Shown: positions 1-9,844 of the stretch, one piece after another
How the letters are laid out: the number at the start of each line of letters is the position of its first letter
Position numbering within the stretch: position 1 is the stretch's first letter
NCBI RefSeq assembly: GCF_006345805.1
Contig: NC_043004.1
Span: 72,044,001-72,108,000 of the forward strand
Source of the DNA: Octopus sinensis
Lineage: Eukaryota
Direction of reading: 5' to 3'
DNA length: 64,000 nucleotides
Position numbers and translations under genes: made by a program
Notes under the pieces: generated by a model
Databases searched by the model: none
What the model was told of the DNA's origin: nothing
The model's input: the letters and a program-made list of their open reading frames with translations, nothing else

Positions 1-810
1 TTTGTATTTTGAGAGTTTCTCCATTTCTTTTAGAGACACGTTGTCATCAGCCGGTATTGATACATCAATTAGAAAGCATTTTTTTCTTCATGATCTCTGA
101 CAACTATATCTGGTCTGTTGGCCTTAATTTCTCTATCTGTGTGTATCCCAGAGTATGGGATATCCCAGAGTATGGTTGCTTTCTCGTTTTCTGTGACCTT
201 TTCTGGTGTGTGCCTATACCATCTTTTTTCTGTTGTTATTCCATAATGTTGGCATAGCTTCCAATGTATGTAGGTTCCAACTCTGTCATGTCTGTGAATA
301 TATTCCTTCTTAGCCAAGACTGGGCAGCTAGAGATAATATGATTTATTGTTTCTTGTCCATCTCCATATATTCTGCAGTTACTTGTAATATTTCTTTTCA
401 TTACATGTTTTTGGTAATTTCTGGTGGGGAGGCTTTGGTCTTGTGCTGCAATTAAAAATCCCTCTGTTTCTGCTTTGAGTCCTGAGCTTCTCAACCATTG
501 CTGGGATTTTTCTTTGTCTATTTCTTTTGCGTTTAGTTTAGTCCAGTATTTACCATGAAGGGGCTTTTCTTGCCATCGTTTTATCATGGTTCGTTGCTGT
601 TCTATTTTTAGTTTGGATTTCATTTGTTTTATAGCTTTTGTTGTTTCTTCATCTTATTCTTCTTCTTCATGTTTATTAGGTGGTATGATTTCTTGTTTGT
701 ATTTGTCAGCTTCCTTAAATACTGAGAACAGTTTTTTGTTTTGCTCGTGTTTTGCCGCTATCTGGATCAGTTTTCCTTCCTTCTGAAGTAGATATTTTTG
801 CAGTCCTATG
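1..810 (-). mobile_element. R4/Dong-type RLE non-LTR retrotransposon, C-terminal part (decayed)
   Basis: ORF 69..623(-) contains WQEKPLHG, LKAETEGFLIAAQDQ, a degenerate CCHC knuckle (CRIY..ETINHIISSC), RHD and the NRPDIVV restriction-like endonuclease motif. It abuts a (TAA)n tract at 822-900. Confidence 0.9.
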
Positions 811-821
811 GTGGTTATTAT

Positions 822-830
822 ATAATAATA

Positions 831-900
<70 letters not shown>

Positions 901-1262
901 GAGTGAGAGGGCAGTGCATGCCATCAAAGTGACATTGGGGTAAAATATACGAAGCCTAGTATACCCATCTTAACGACCCGTCTGATAATGATAAATCAGG
1001 TACATGCGTTACAACAATACGTTCTCGACATCGTGATCTCATGTTAAAATAACCAGCACATGACCTTACAGGAGGAGCCAGCTCCAGTTACGATTTCTTT
1101 TAGGTCGAATAGCCCCCTGAGTGAGGTTTGTTTAAGGATGTTGAACAAAACACCCATGTCTCCAGAGGTGAATTATCCAATCCCCAAAGAATTCCTCTCA
1201 ATACATGGCTATGATGCTTCCCCACTATTTCTGCTCGTGATTAGAGATGCAAATATTTTTAC
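822..1262 (-). mobile_element. 3' end of an R4/Dong-type LINE with (TAA)n tail
   Basis: The (ATT)n tract is followed by GAGTGAGAGGGCAGTGCATGCCATCAAAGTGAC..., homologous to 35254-35640. It lies in the same intron as that copy, upstream of the paralogous exon. Confidence 0.65.
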
Positions 1263-1365
1263 TCGTCACAAATGCAACGGAACGTTTGCAAAGACTCTGA
1301 AATCATAAATCAAATTCTAAGTAGTCCGATTTTCTGTTTTATAAGTCGCTTATAACTCCTAAACT

Positions 1366-1368
<3 letters not shown>

Positions 1369-1448
<80 letters not shown>
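1369..1448. repeat. (CT)n microsatellite
   Basis: Direct reading of the sequence. Confidence 0.97.
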
Positions 1449-1450
<2 letters not shown>

Positions 1451-1682
1451 TACATTTTGCCCTCTAAATTTTCGCACCTTCACTTTCTTCCTTTTTCAAC
1501 TTCTCTATTCATTTTTCTCTTTTATTCTAAGGCTCTTACTTCCCCATTTTCTCTCTCCCTCTCTTACTCACCCACCTTATCTATCCCTATATATCGTCCT
1601 TCTCTTCTTTCTCTTTCTGCTATTCATTCCTCTCTCATTCTCTTAGATTCCTAATTGACCCGTATCAACTTTCCATTTACAG

Positions 1683-1831
1683 GTGGAATTTCAGTTGAGT
1701 CGACCTAATAAAACTTACTCGCTAATTTTCAATGGAACGGGGACAAATTCCACATCGTGGTTCCGGGAAGATAAACTCATTTCCCATCCTTTGGCAAGCG
1801 GTACTCCAATGAAATTTACATTCAATAATAA
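1683..1831 (+). CDS. PAN-family gene copy 1, internal exon (C-terminal domain, VEFQLSRPNKTYSLIFNGTGTNSTSWFREDKLISHPLASGTPMKFTFNN)
   Basis: tttacAG acceptor and GTatat donor; 149 nt, phase 0-2. Same length and phase as, and clearly homologous to, exon 36406-36554. Confidence 0.85.
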
Positions 1832-1982
1832 GTATATATTTTCTCCTTAATATTTGTTTGCATCCTTCATGTTTTCATGAGAGTAGAAATGATTCCTAGC
1901 AAAGTCATAGAATCGCATATTTTAAGGGAAGGGTAAAAGCGATTTTATTGTGTTCAGTAATTAACAGGTATTACTTTACTGA

Positions 1983-2292
1983 GTGGCCCAGTAGTTAGGG
2001 CAGCGGACTCGAGGTCGGAAGATCGCGGATTCGATTCCCAGACCGGACGTTGCGTGTGTTTATTGAGCGAAAATAGCTAAACCTCCACGAGGTGGTGGCG
2101 AACCACGGCAAGAGGTGGTGGCGGCCCCTGTTGTACTCTTTTGCCTCACCTTTCTCTCAGTCTTTCGTTCTGTTTCTTGGGTAACGCTGCAATGGACTGG
2201 CGTCGCGTCCAGCTGGGGGGAACACATACGCCACAGAAACCCGGAAACCGGGCCCATGAGCCTGGCTAGGCTTGAAAAGGGCACATAAATAA
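1983..2292 (+). mobile_element. tRNA-derived SINE
   Basis: Box A-like TGGCCCCAGTAGTTAGG and box B-like GATTCGATTCC. The 3' part (CCGGAAACCGGGCCCATGAGCC...AAAAGGGCAC) matches 57340-57580. Confidence 0.8.
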
Positions 2293-2329
2293 AAAGAAAT
2301 TACTTTACTGCTGTGTACAATGTATTCTT

Positions 2330-2870
2330 TCCTTATCCACTGGCCTACACTATCCTGTATCTAGATGCAAGCTCTATGACCCGACTCGGAATGACTGTGA
2401 AGGCTCCTGGGGTATCTATCATCGAACCCCCCAGGAATCAGAGATGCATCGAACATGGGGTCCAAATCGCTAACAAACACCAAAGAGCTGAACATCCCTA
2501 GAATTACCACACGCCTCAAGAAATTTGGATTCTCTGCCCCAGCGACTAGTCTAAAAGCACCATGTTCACAACTGTTCAAACCCAGAAGAACAGATTTACT
2601 GTCTGGGTCAATAAAAATCGTTTGTACCTCGAGTCCCTGTTTTTCAGGAATAGTATCGCCACCCTCTCATCTATTACAGATAATGTAAGAGATATGAAGA
2701 TCTCAAAATCACCAAAAGTTATTGCTAAGGCGCCAGTAACGGAGATCCTGGTGGCCCTGACGACTTTCATATCGAAACCTGACGTCTCTGAGTAGTCGAC
2801 TCTTCTTCCAAGGTGACGAAGACCACAAGCATTTAGCCTTCCCACACTTGAACTTACCATGTTTACCGAC
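2330..2870 (-). mobile_element. Decayed L1/Tx1-like AP-endonuclease fragment
   Basis: Minus-strand translations give RLNACGLR (cf. SLNVRGL), SET, RVAILFLKN (cf. RGVAIL), FRLVAG and LVFVSDLD (cf. LVL.GD.N), with frameshifts. Confidence 0.55.
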
Positions 2871-3144
2871 AGGTAAAAAGCAAAGAAGATCGCTTGCTTA
2901 CCTATTTGGTGACATCAGAGGCCGACTGACTCGGAATCCAATGGGGTCTAGGGGGTTGAAGACTTTATATGTCATTTTTACATTTTGTGTCATGGATAAC
3001 AAACTGGGTATGAAACACTCACTAATCTCAAACATAAAAAGGTGAACAGTGATTTAATTAATCAGAAATGATTGTCGTAAATATAGTCTTAAACGTTTTC
3101 TTTATGATTAAATTTACTAAGTTTATGAACTATATTAGTTTCAG

Positions 3145-3251
3145 CATGCCATATTTTCGCATTGATTGGGGAATTACTGGCGAATTTGGATGGATGGAAG
3201 CCCAAAACAAGAATGGGAATTACGAAATTAAGTATAAAACAAAGAACAAAA
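3145..3251 (+). CDS. PAN-family gene copy 1, penultimate exon (MPYFRIDWGITGEFGWMEAQNKNGNYEIKYKTKNK)
   Basis: ttagtttcAG acceptor and GTaaat donor; phase 2-1, compatible with both neighbouring exons. The GWMEAQ motif is shared with 45014-45123. Confidence 0.8.
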
Positions 3252-3338
3252 GTAAATATAATGTATATCCTTGCTTTGAGTGCAACTAATTGTATGTATG
3301 TAAATATATATGTTATATATATATATATATATATGTGT

Positions 3339-3375
<37 letters not shown>

Positions 3376-3544
3376 TATATATATATATATTATGTATGTA
3401 TGTATATGTACTGATCTGTATGTTTTGCTTTATGTATGTATTCTCATGCATATAAATGTATGTCTAGACATGCTCATATATATTCAAATGATAAACTTCT
3501 AGAAAGATTTACAGATTTTTACATTTCCGGTAATGGATTGGATC

Positions 3545-3782
3545 TGTAGCCTTCGAATTAATTTTCTCTTTTTTGGTTATGAGAAGCCTAATTTCTGAAG
3601 ATTGGTGTTTAGGCAGTCTGTTACATATCCCAATGCCTCAACAATTACAGGTATAAACCTGAACTTGTAATCTGGATAGAGTTCAGTGTAGGTGTTCTCT
3701 TTTTCACTGATCTTCAGCCTTATGTTAACATACTCTGAGCAGCTAATTTCCACAACTGTGCACAGTTTCACTTCTCTACAGA
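3545..3782 (-). mobile_element. RLE-type LINE 3' fragment
   Basis: Translation CTVVEISC..VNI.LKISEKENTY...FIPVIVEALGYV is typical of the RLE domain C-terminus. Confidence 0.65.
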
Positions 3783-4434
3783 ATAACGAGGCGAATAAAC
3801 AAATAAAACTGTTTCGGTTACATATACAAAATGTACATGCATGTATATATATGTAAATAGAGATACAGCAAAGGCTGAAAATTTTCTGACAATACATATT
3901 CAAGTAGAGATATACGATATCTTCTCCCCTTTAATTTTCTATATCTTTGTACTCAGCGTAAATTTGCTCTCTTAATATATAAATATCTATATTTATATTT
4001 GAATATTCATGGCCTGAAAATGTTCAGACTTTGCTTATTCTATATTTCCATGTATACATGTATGTATATTTTGTTTATCTAAACCAAGCAGTCTTATTTG
4101 CATATTCGCATCATTATCTCCATATCTCCTCACCTGGATTCTTTTCATAACCATTTTTTACCCCTGGGTCTTGGGCGTGGGTAAATATTTCAGAGTGTAA
4201 ATTCAAATCATTTGAGCTCCAAAACTTACAACATACTCAACATATACCTTAAAGGATAAGAGTAAGTATGAACAAGCAAAAACCTGTTATCAGGTTATAT
4301 TATGGCATTTATTTATTTCAACATAATATCTGGGGTGTTACCTGAGTATAGATCATAATAGGAAGGGAAGCAAAGTCTAACACTTGTTTTAAGAACAGGT
4401 AGGCAGATGATCCAACTTGTACAATGCAAGCAAC

Positions 4435-4852
4435 TATCTATCTATCCGCTCAGCCGAAGTCGACTCTCGGTTACTCGTTGGATCAGTGTCCTCCAGTCAG
4501 TTCTCTCCTGGGCCGCTTCTTTTAGACTGGCTATGTCCATTTCGGTATCACTCTTGATGGTGTCAAGCCAGCGGGTTCTTGGTCGGCCTCTTCTCTTGCC
4601 ACTGACCATTCCGAGCATGATATCCTTCTCCAGGGATTTTCTCCGCATAATATGACCGAAATATGCCAATCTATGCTTGGTGATCCTAGCTTCTAGCGAC
4701 AGTTTCGGCCTGATCTGCTTAAGAACTTCTCTATTGGTGAGCCTCGCTGTCCATGGAATCCATAAAAATCTTCTCCAACACCAAAGCTCGAATGCATTAA
4801 TTCTTTTCTGGTCAGCTTTCTTTAGTGTCCAGGTCTCGCATCGATATATTGG
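4435..4852 (-). mobile_element. RTE-clade LINE, 5'-truncated 3' end
   Basis: Translation LAYFGHIMRRKSLEKDIMLGMVSGKRRGRPRTRWLD, preceded by WTL....RINAFELWCWR; short (GATA)n tail. Confidence 0.9.
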
Positions 4853-5034
4853 TATATAGGATAGTTGTTACTTGCATCTTCCCTTCAGAAAGGGAAGATG
4901 CAAGCAACGACTATCCTATATGTCAGTAATATGTTCCGTCATCGGAGGATCTACTCCGACAGTGCTCTATCAGTACAAAACGTTAACGCATTTTAAATCT
5001 TTATTTTCAACATTCTATCATATATGAATGCATA

Positions 5035-5420
5035 TAGGGCGGCGAGCTGGCAGAAACGTTAGCACGCCGGGCGAAATGCGTAGCCGTATTTCGCCTGCCA
5101 TTGCGTTCTGAGTTCAAATTCCGCCGAGGTCGACTTTGCCTTTTATCCTTTCAGGGTCGATTAGATAAGTACCAGTTACGTACTGAGGTCGATATAATCG
5201 ACTTAATCTGTTTGTCCTCTCTATGTTTAGCTCCTTGTGGGTAGGAAAGAAATAGGTGTTTCGTCTGCCGTTACGTTCTGAGTTCAAATTCGGCCGAGGT
5301 CGACTTTGCCTTTCATCCTTTCGGGGTCAATAAATAAAGTACCAGTTTCGCACTGGAGTCGATGTAATCGACTTTGTCTGCCCTTGTCCCTCTATGTTTT
5401 GCCCCTTGTGGGCAGTAAAG
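5035..5420 (+). mobile_element. SINE with Meta/MESC-like core, partly tandem-duplicated
   Basis: GGCGGCGAGCTGGCAGAAACGTTAGCAC head, GAGTTCAAATTCC box B, and the CCTTTCATCCTTTCGGGGTC(G)ATAAA..AGTACCAG core occurring twice. Confidence 0.85.
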
Positions 5421-5479
<59 letters not shown>

Positions 5480-5487
<8 letters not shown>

Positions 5488-6210
5488 AAAAAGGTGTCAG
5501 ATCTTGTTTATACGTAGTTGTAGATATTTAGGAAAGAAAAATATGTAAAAACGCAGAGGAGGTTTGTATAATGAAATTTATGCTAATATTAAGATCGTAA
5601 TGAAACAAAGAATTATATTACAACATTATATAATAAACTGGGAGTACCGGTTTTCTCGTCTTACCCTTATCAAACTTCGAAGATCTTAGATATCAGCCAT
5701 TTTCGGCATATTTGGCATTAGAAATTTTTTCGTTTGCCCTTATTTATAAGTTGTTTATAATTTTAATCTTTAAAGGTATTTTTTAATATGCTGGCCATTG
5801 ATAAAATTTTTTTTGAAAAACTTTTATCCTACATTAAATATAAATTTAAGTGTTCTCTTCCGGATTCTCTCACTCCGTGAGAGCCTCAGTTCAAATCGCA
5901 CGTGCCTTGAATGGGCTGGAGTATTTCTATTTTGGATGTACTTGGGGTATTTAATTGTGCCCATGACTTAGTATCTTGCTTCTTCCATGGGTATGAGTAA
6001 GTATCTCATTTATTTCTTTACCACATTTACCTCTGACGAAGGGAGGGTTCTTACGAACTAACCCTGAAATCGGTCCGATATGGTAATAATGGAATTATTG
6101 AGAAATTTCTGTCGGCTTTTTTTCGAGTAGCGTGCGTATTGTTAAAAATTATATGGTAATAGACAATATGTCCAATTTTTCGGCATATTTGGCATTAGAA
6201 ATTTTTGTTG
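5480..6210 (+). mobile_element. Probable Penelope-like pseudo-LTR remnant
   Basis: Direct repeat TTTTCGGCATATTTGGCATTAGAAATTTTT at ~5700 and ~6177, flanked by (TA)n; contains a hammerhead-like motif at 6027-6086. Confidence 0.5.
6027..6086 (+). ncRNA. Type I hammerhead ribozyme-like motif
   Basis: ttacct-CUGACGA-aggg..(internal hairpin)..cccu-GAAA-ucg-guc-cga-UA-uggtaa. The core is canonical; stem I has a U-U mismatch at the first pair. Confidence 0.6.
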
Positions 6211-6214
6211 TATA

Positions 6215-6278
<64 letters not shown>

Positions 6279-7225
6279 TATAGTTCTTGGCACAATATTA
6301 TATGTATTTGAAAGAATGGGTAGTGATAGCTTTTTTTGAGGGGATAATGTTTTATTTTAATCTTAATAATGTTATCCCCTCAAAAAAACCATTTCAACTC
6401 ATTCCTTTCAAATATATATATGTGTGTGTGTGTGTAAGTTTATAGCCTTGTTGTGGTAGTGAATTTCCAAAGAAGCGCTCAACCCGAGTTCTGGGCTATC
6501 AACACAGGCAGGTTCTGGACTAATACTGACATCCTTCAGGCGTAGAAAATCCTGGATTCACGACGGTTAAACACCTGTGTGAGTGTGTGCGCGCGCGCGT
6601 GTGTATGTGTGTGTATGTGTATGTGTGTGTGTGTGTGTGTGAGTGTGTGTGTGTAGTGAAGAGTAAATTTTAATCCAAATAATAACATGACAACGTGATC
6701 TTTTTTACAAATGTTTAATGATGTGATATGCCACCGATTCTGACAAAAAAATTGTGAAGGAAGATGAGCTTATTTATATTCTATAATGTCACAATTTATG
6801 AGTAATGTTTGGATATTTGTGTATTGAGGGATCTCAGCATGAGATGCCCCACCCCACCCCTCAATTGCTTCCACAGTCAGTCACGAAGCAGTGAATGATT
6901 ATAGGAGCAAAATTAAGAGTAATTCAAAGAGCTCTGAGAGGTATTGGAACCCGTAAAGGGAATTTTACCTATTTTCTTACTTCCATGATGTCAAACCGTA
7001 ATGAAAAGCCTGTTAGAGGTCCAAATATCCCTCAAACATATTTGAACGTGTCTTAATTTCATCTATCTATATCTCTCTATATATACGTGTGGGGGTGGGA
7101 GAGAGTATGGTTGTTTGTGTGTGTACGTGTTTTTGTGTATGTGTGTGTATAAATTTACAGAATGTATATACTTGTGTATATATCTGTGTATGTATGCATA
7201 ACATGCACGTGTGTATATGGTTACT

Positions 7226-7289
<64 letters not shown>

Positions 7290-7441
7290 TGATATGTAGG
7301 TATACATATATACATATATATATATGTATGCATATACATGCAGACACATATATACGTATGTATATGTACGTACATGTTGATGTTTATCACTCAATATATG
7401 AATACATACATATATATATATATATATGCAAGTATATGTAT

Positions 7442-7491
<50 letters not shown>

Positions 7492-7600
7492 GAAGGTATA
7501 TGTATGCGATGTGTGTATATGCATATCTATCATTAGTATGTGTGTGTAAGTATGTATATATGTATTGAGGTTAAATAATTTTCCTTCCCTTTTTTTTCAG

Positions 7601-7644
7601 ATGTTCCACTTCACTGCCTCGTCATCTCAGTTCTCTTCAATTAG
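7601..7644 (+). CDS. PAN-family gene copy 1, terminal coding exon (NVPLHCLVISVLFN*)
   Basis: Polypyrimidine tract ending in AG, phase 1. Aligns to the copy 2 terminus YLTHMAVSVILK*; the intronic ATAATTTTCCTTC is shared with ~46948. Confidence 0.7.
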
Positions 7645-7849
7645 TATCTGCACTTTGGCAGAAATTCGTATAATCTTACATACGCTCGAACATACACTAA
7701 TACACACACATACATACTCACTCACATTCGTACATGAGAATATCAGATATGATGGATCTATTGATAAAGAGACGAGTAGAAATGAATATGTCAAGGGAAT
7801 TAAGTGAATATGATCATCAAATCTCTCAGATTACAACAAGCATATTGGC

Positions 7850-9150
7850 CACAATGCCTCAGGGGTGTATGTTGTCATACGTACGTTTAGCGTTCTGAAC
7901 TCGTCGTTACAAGAACAACTCAACGAGCTACATGTTCGAACTTGTAAATTCATTGTCAATGGAGACTAGGACAAGCTATACTTCCTACGCAAGGATGATG
8001 GACGTTGTTTCAAATTTGTATTAAAATTATATGAAGCACGTATTGTGAGACAACTGCTACAACAGGAAAGAGACCAGTAACTATCAGCAGTATTTATCGC
8101 TGTTCAAATTGGAAATTGAAGATATTTCTCACACACACACTTTCGTTATTTGCACATTAAACTTTCTGGAATATTTGGTTGCGCATAAAGACCGGTTCTC
8201 GTATTTTCTTTCTCAATGAAATATTCGAAGACTGACTCGATTTTATCGTTTCTTTATTGCTGTACCTTTTTGTTGTGCTCCTCCGTGACCCAATTATTCT
8301 TTAGTTAAATAAATCTTTTTGTGTCTATGAAAAAGACTCCTCTTTCTCAAATATTTCCCTTTTTTTCTACATCAACTAGAACACATAAAATTAATGCTAA
8401 GAACTTTGTTTCGCAACTGAGCCAAATTAAAAGAACTTTTACAACCTTTACACACCAGTATAAGATATTTACACTTTTAAAACAACTCATCTTCGAACTG
8501 CAGTTTTGTGATAACGCTACGGCGCCGGTCTGCACTGAAGTAAGCGATGGTGATCAGTTCTGTATGAATACTCTTCACAGAGAAACACTTCTGTCACAAT
8601 ATACCAAGATTTACCACCGAAAATGGCCTCAAGTTTGTTCATTCAATCATATTTTATTGTCTTATTGCTCAGCCATCATAAATCAACTTGTGTTTAGTTC
8701 ATTACGTTGCGTACACCAAATGGCAATCTTTACACGTCCCACCTTCTGTATAAATAATATCATTTCTGCCATGATGTATGGTGTACTTGACTTGATTCAA
8801 GTTGATTCATGATGAAAAGGACATACTCTCGCGGCTGTTTTTCTGGTACAGCGTTTATTTTTAAAATGAAGTTAATTAAGTGTGAAGAGAGTGGATCTGG
8901 TGCATTTGAACAGAAAACTAGTAGAATATTTGGCCCGTATGTCCTGTTTAAATCCAAAAGAATTAATGTAGACTTCTTTAAAGATGCATCAGGGGTAGTT
9001 CAGAAACTCCAATGGTAGATTTATTGGGGCTTCTGTGTATGAAGGAAACGACTGTATGACCTAGTGAAGAACTTATTTAGAATAATCACCTGATGATTAC
9101 AGCGTATGCTTTTGACAGATGATAGTTACTAAACGATATACACTTATATC
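7850..9150. pseudogene. Decayed unidentified coding-like block A (copy 1)
   Basis: Homologous to ~48900-49500 and ~50760-51010. A short aligned stretch shows substitutions at every third base; many stops. Confidence 0.4.
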
Positions 9151-9309
9151 ATTTTACCAATGAACGATGAGGGGAAACGTTTGTAGTGATTTGAAATAAC
9201 GAATATCTTTCAATCCTTCTTCTAATATATATCTATACATATATATGTGTGTGAAAGTGTATGTGTGGTGTGCGTCTGCGCGTGTGTCTGTCTGTTTCTC
9301 TTGTTTGTA

Positions 9310-9505
9310 CCCTCACTACCACTTGACAACCGGTGTTCGTGTGTTTACACCCTCGTAACACAATGGTTGGCAAAAGGGACCGATAGGATAACTACACGAC
9401 TTGACAAAATGAGAACTAGGGTCGATCCATCTGACTGAATTTCTTCAAAATAGTACACTAGCATGGCCGCAGTCTAATGACTGAAAATGTGAAAGATGAA
9501 AAGAT
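9310..9505 (+). mobile_element. SINE 3' half
   Basis: CTTGACAACCGGTG...GCAAAAGGGACCGATAGGATAA...AGCATGGCCGCAGTCTAATGACTGAAA; matches 18550-18750 and 57850-58040. Confidence 0.75.
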
Positions 9506-9844
9506 GTATACATGCATATAAATATATATATATATATAGGGCTTATATGCCCTTTGTTAAACTACTTTCCCTAATCATTGCGGGGTGATCACCAGAAGCT
9601 TTAACTTTATGTGAAAATAACATATATATATATATATATAAAAATTTTTATAGCATGATGACTACTTGATAAAAATCATTTACGTGATTTTTACCCTTAT
9701 ATTCTTTTATGAATTAATAAATAATTTAAATAAAATAATTTAATTATTTTTACTCGTGACCGGAAAAGCATTTACTACTTGACTATTCCTATAATATACT
9801 CGTTGGCTGTCGTGAGAAGCTTTAAAAATTGACTTTCTTTGGAT

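Noticed and set aside
3252-3289. Read-through end SKYNVYPCFECN* as the C-terminus of copy 1
   Set aside because: A GT donor at 3252 matches the copy 2 donor position, and a homologous terminal exon exists at 7601.
8809-9018. EESGSGAF / QKLQW resembling Mononegavirales L-protein motifs; DGDQ at ~8547 resembling GDNQ
   Set aside because: Motif order and spacing do not match, and the matches are too short to support a viral call.
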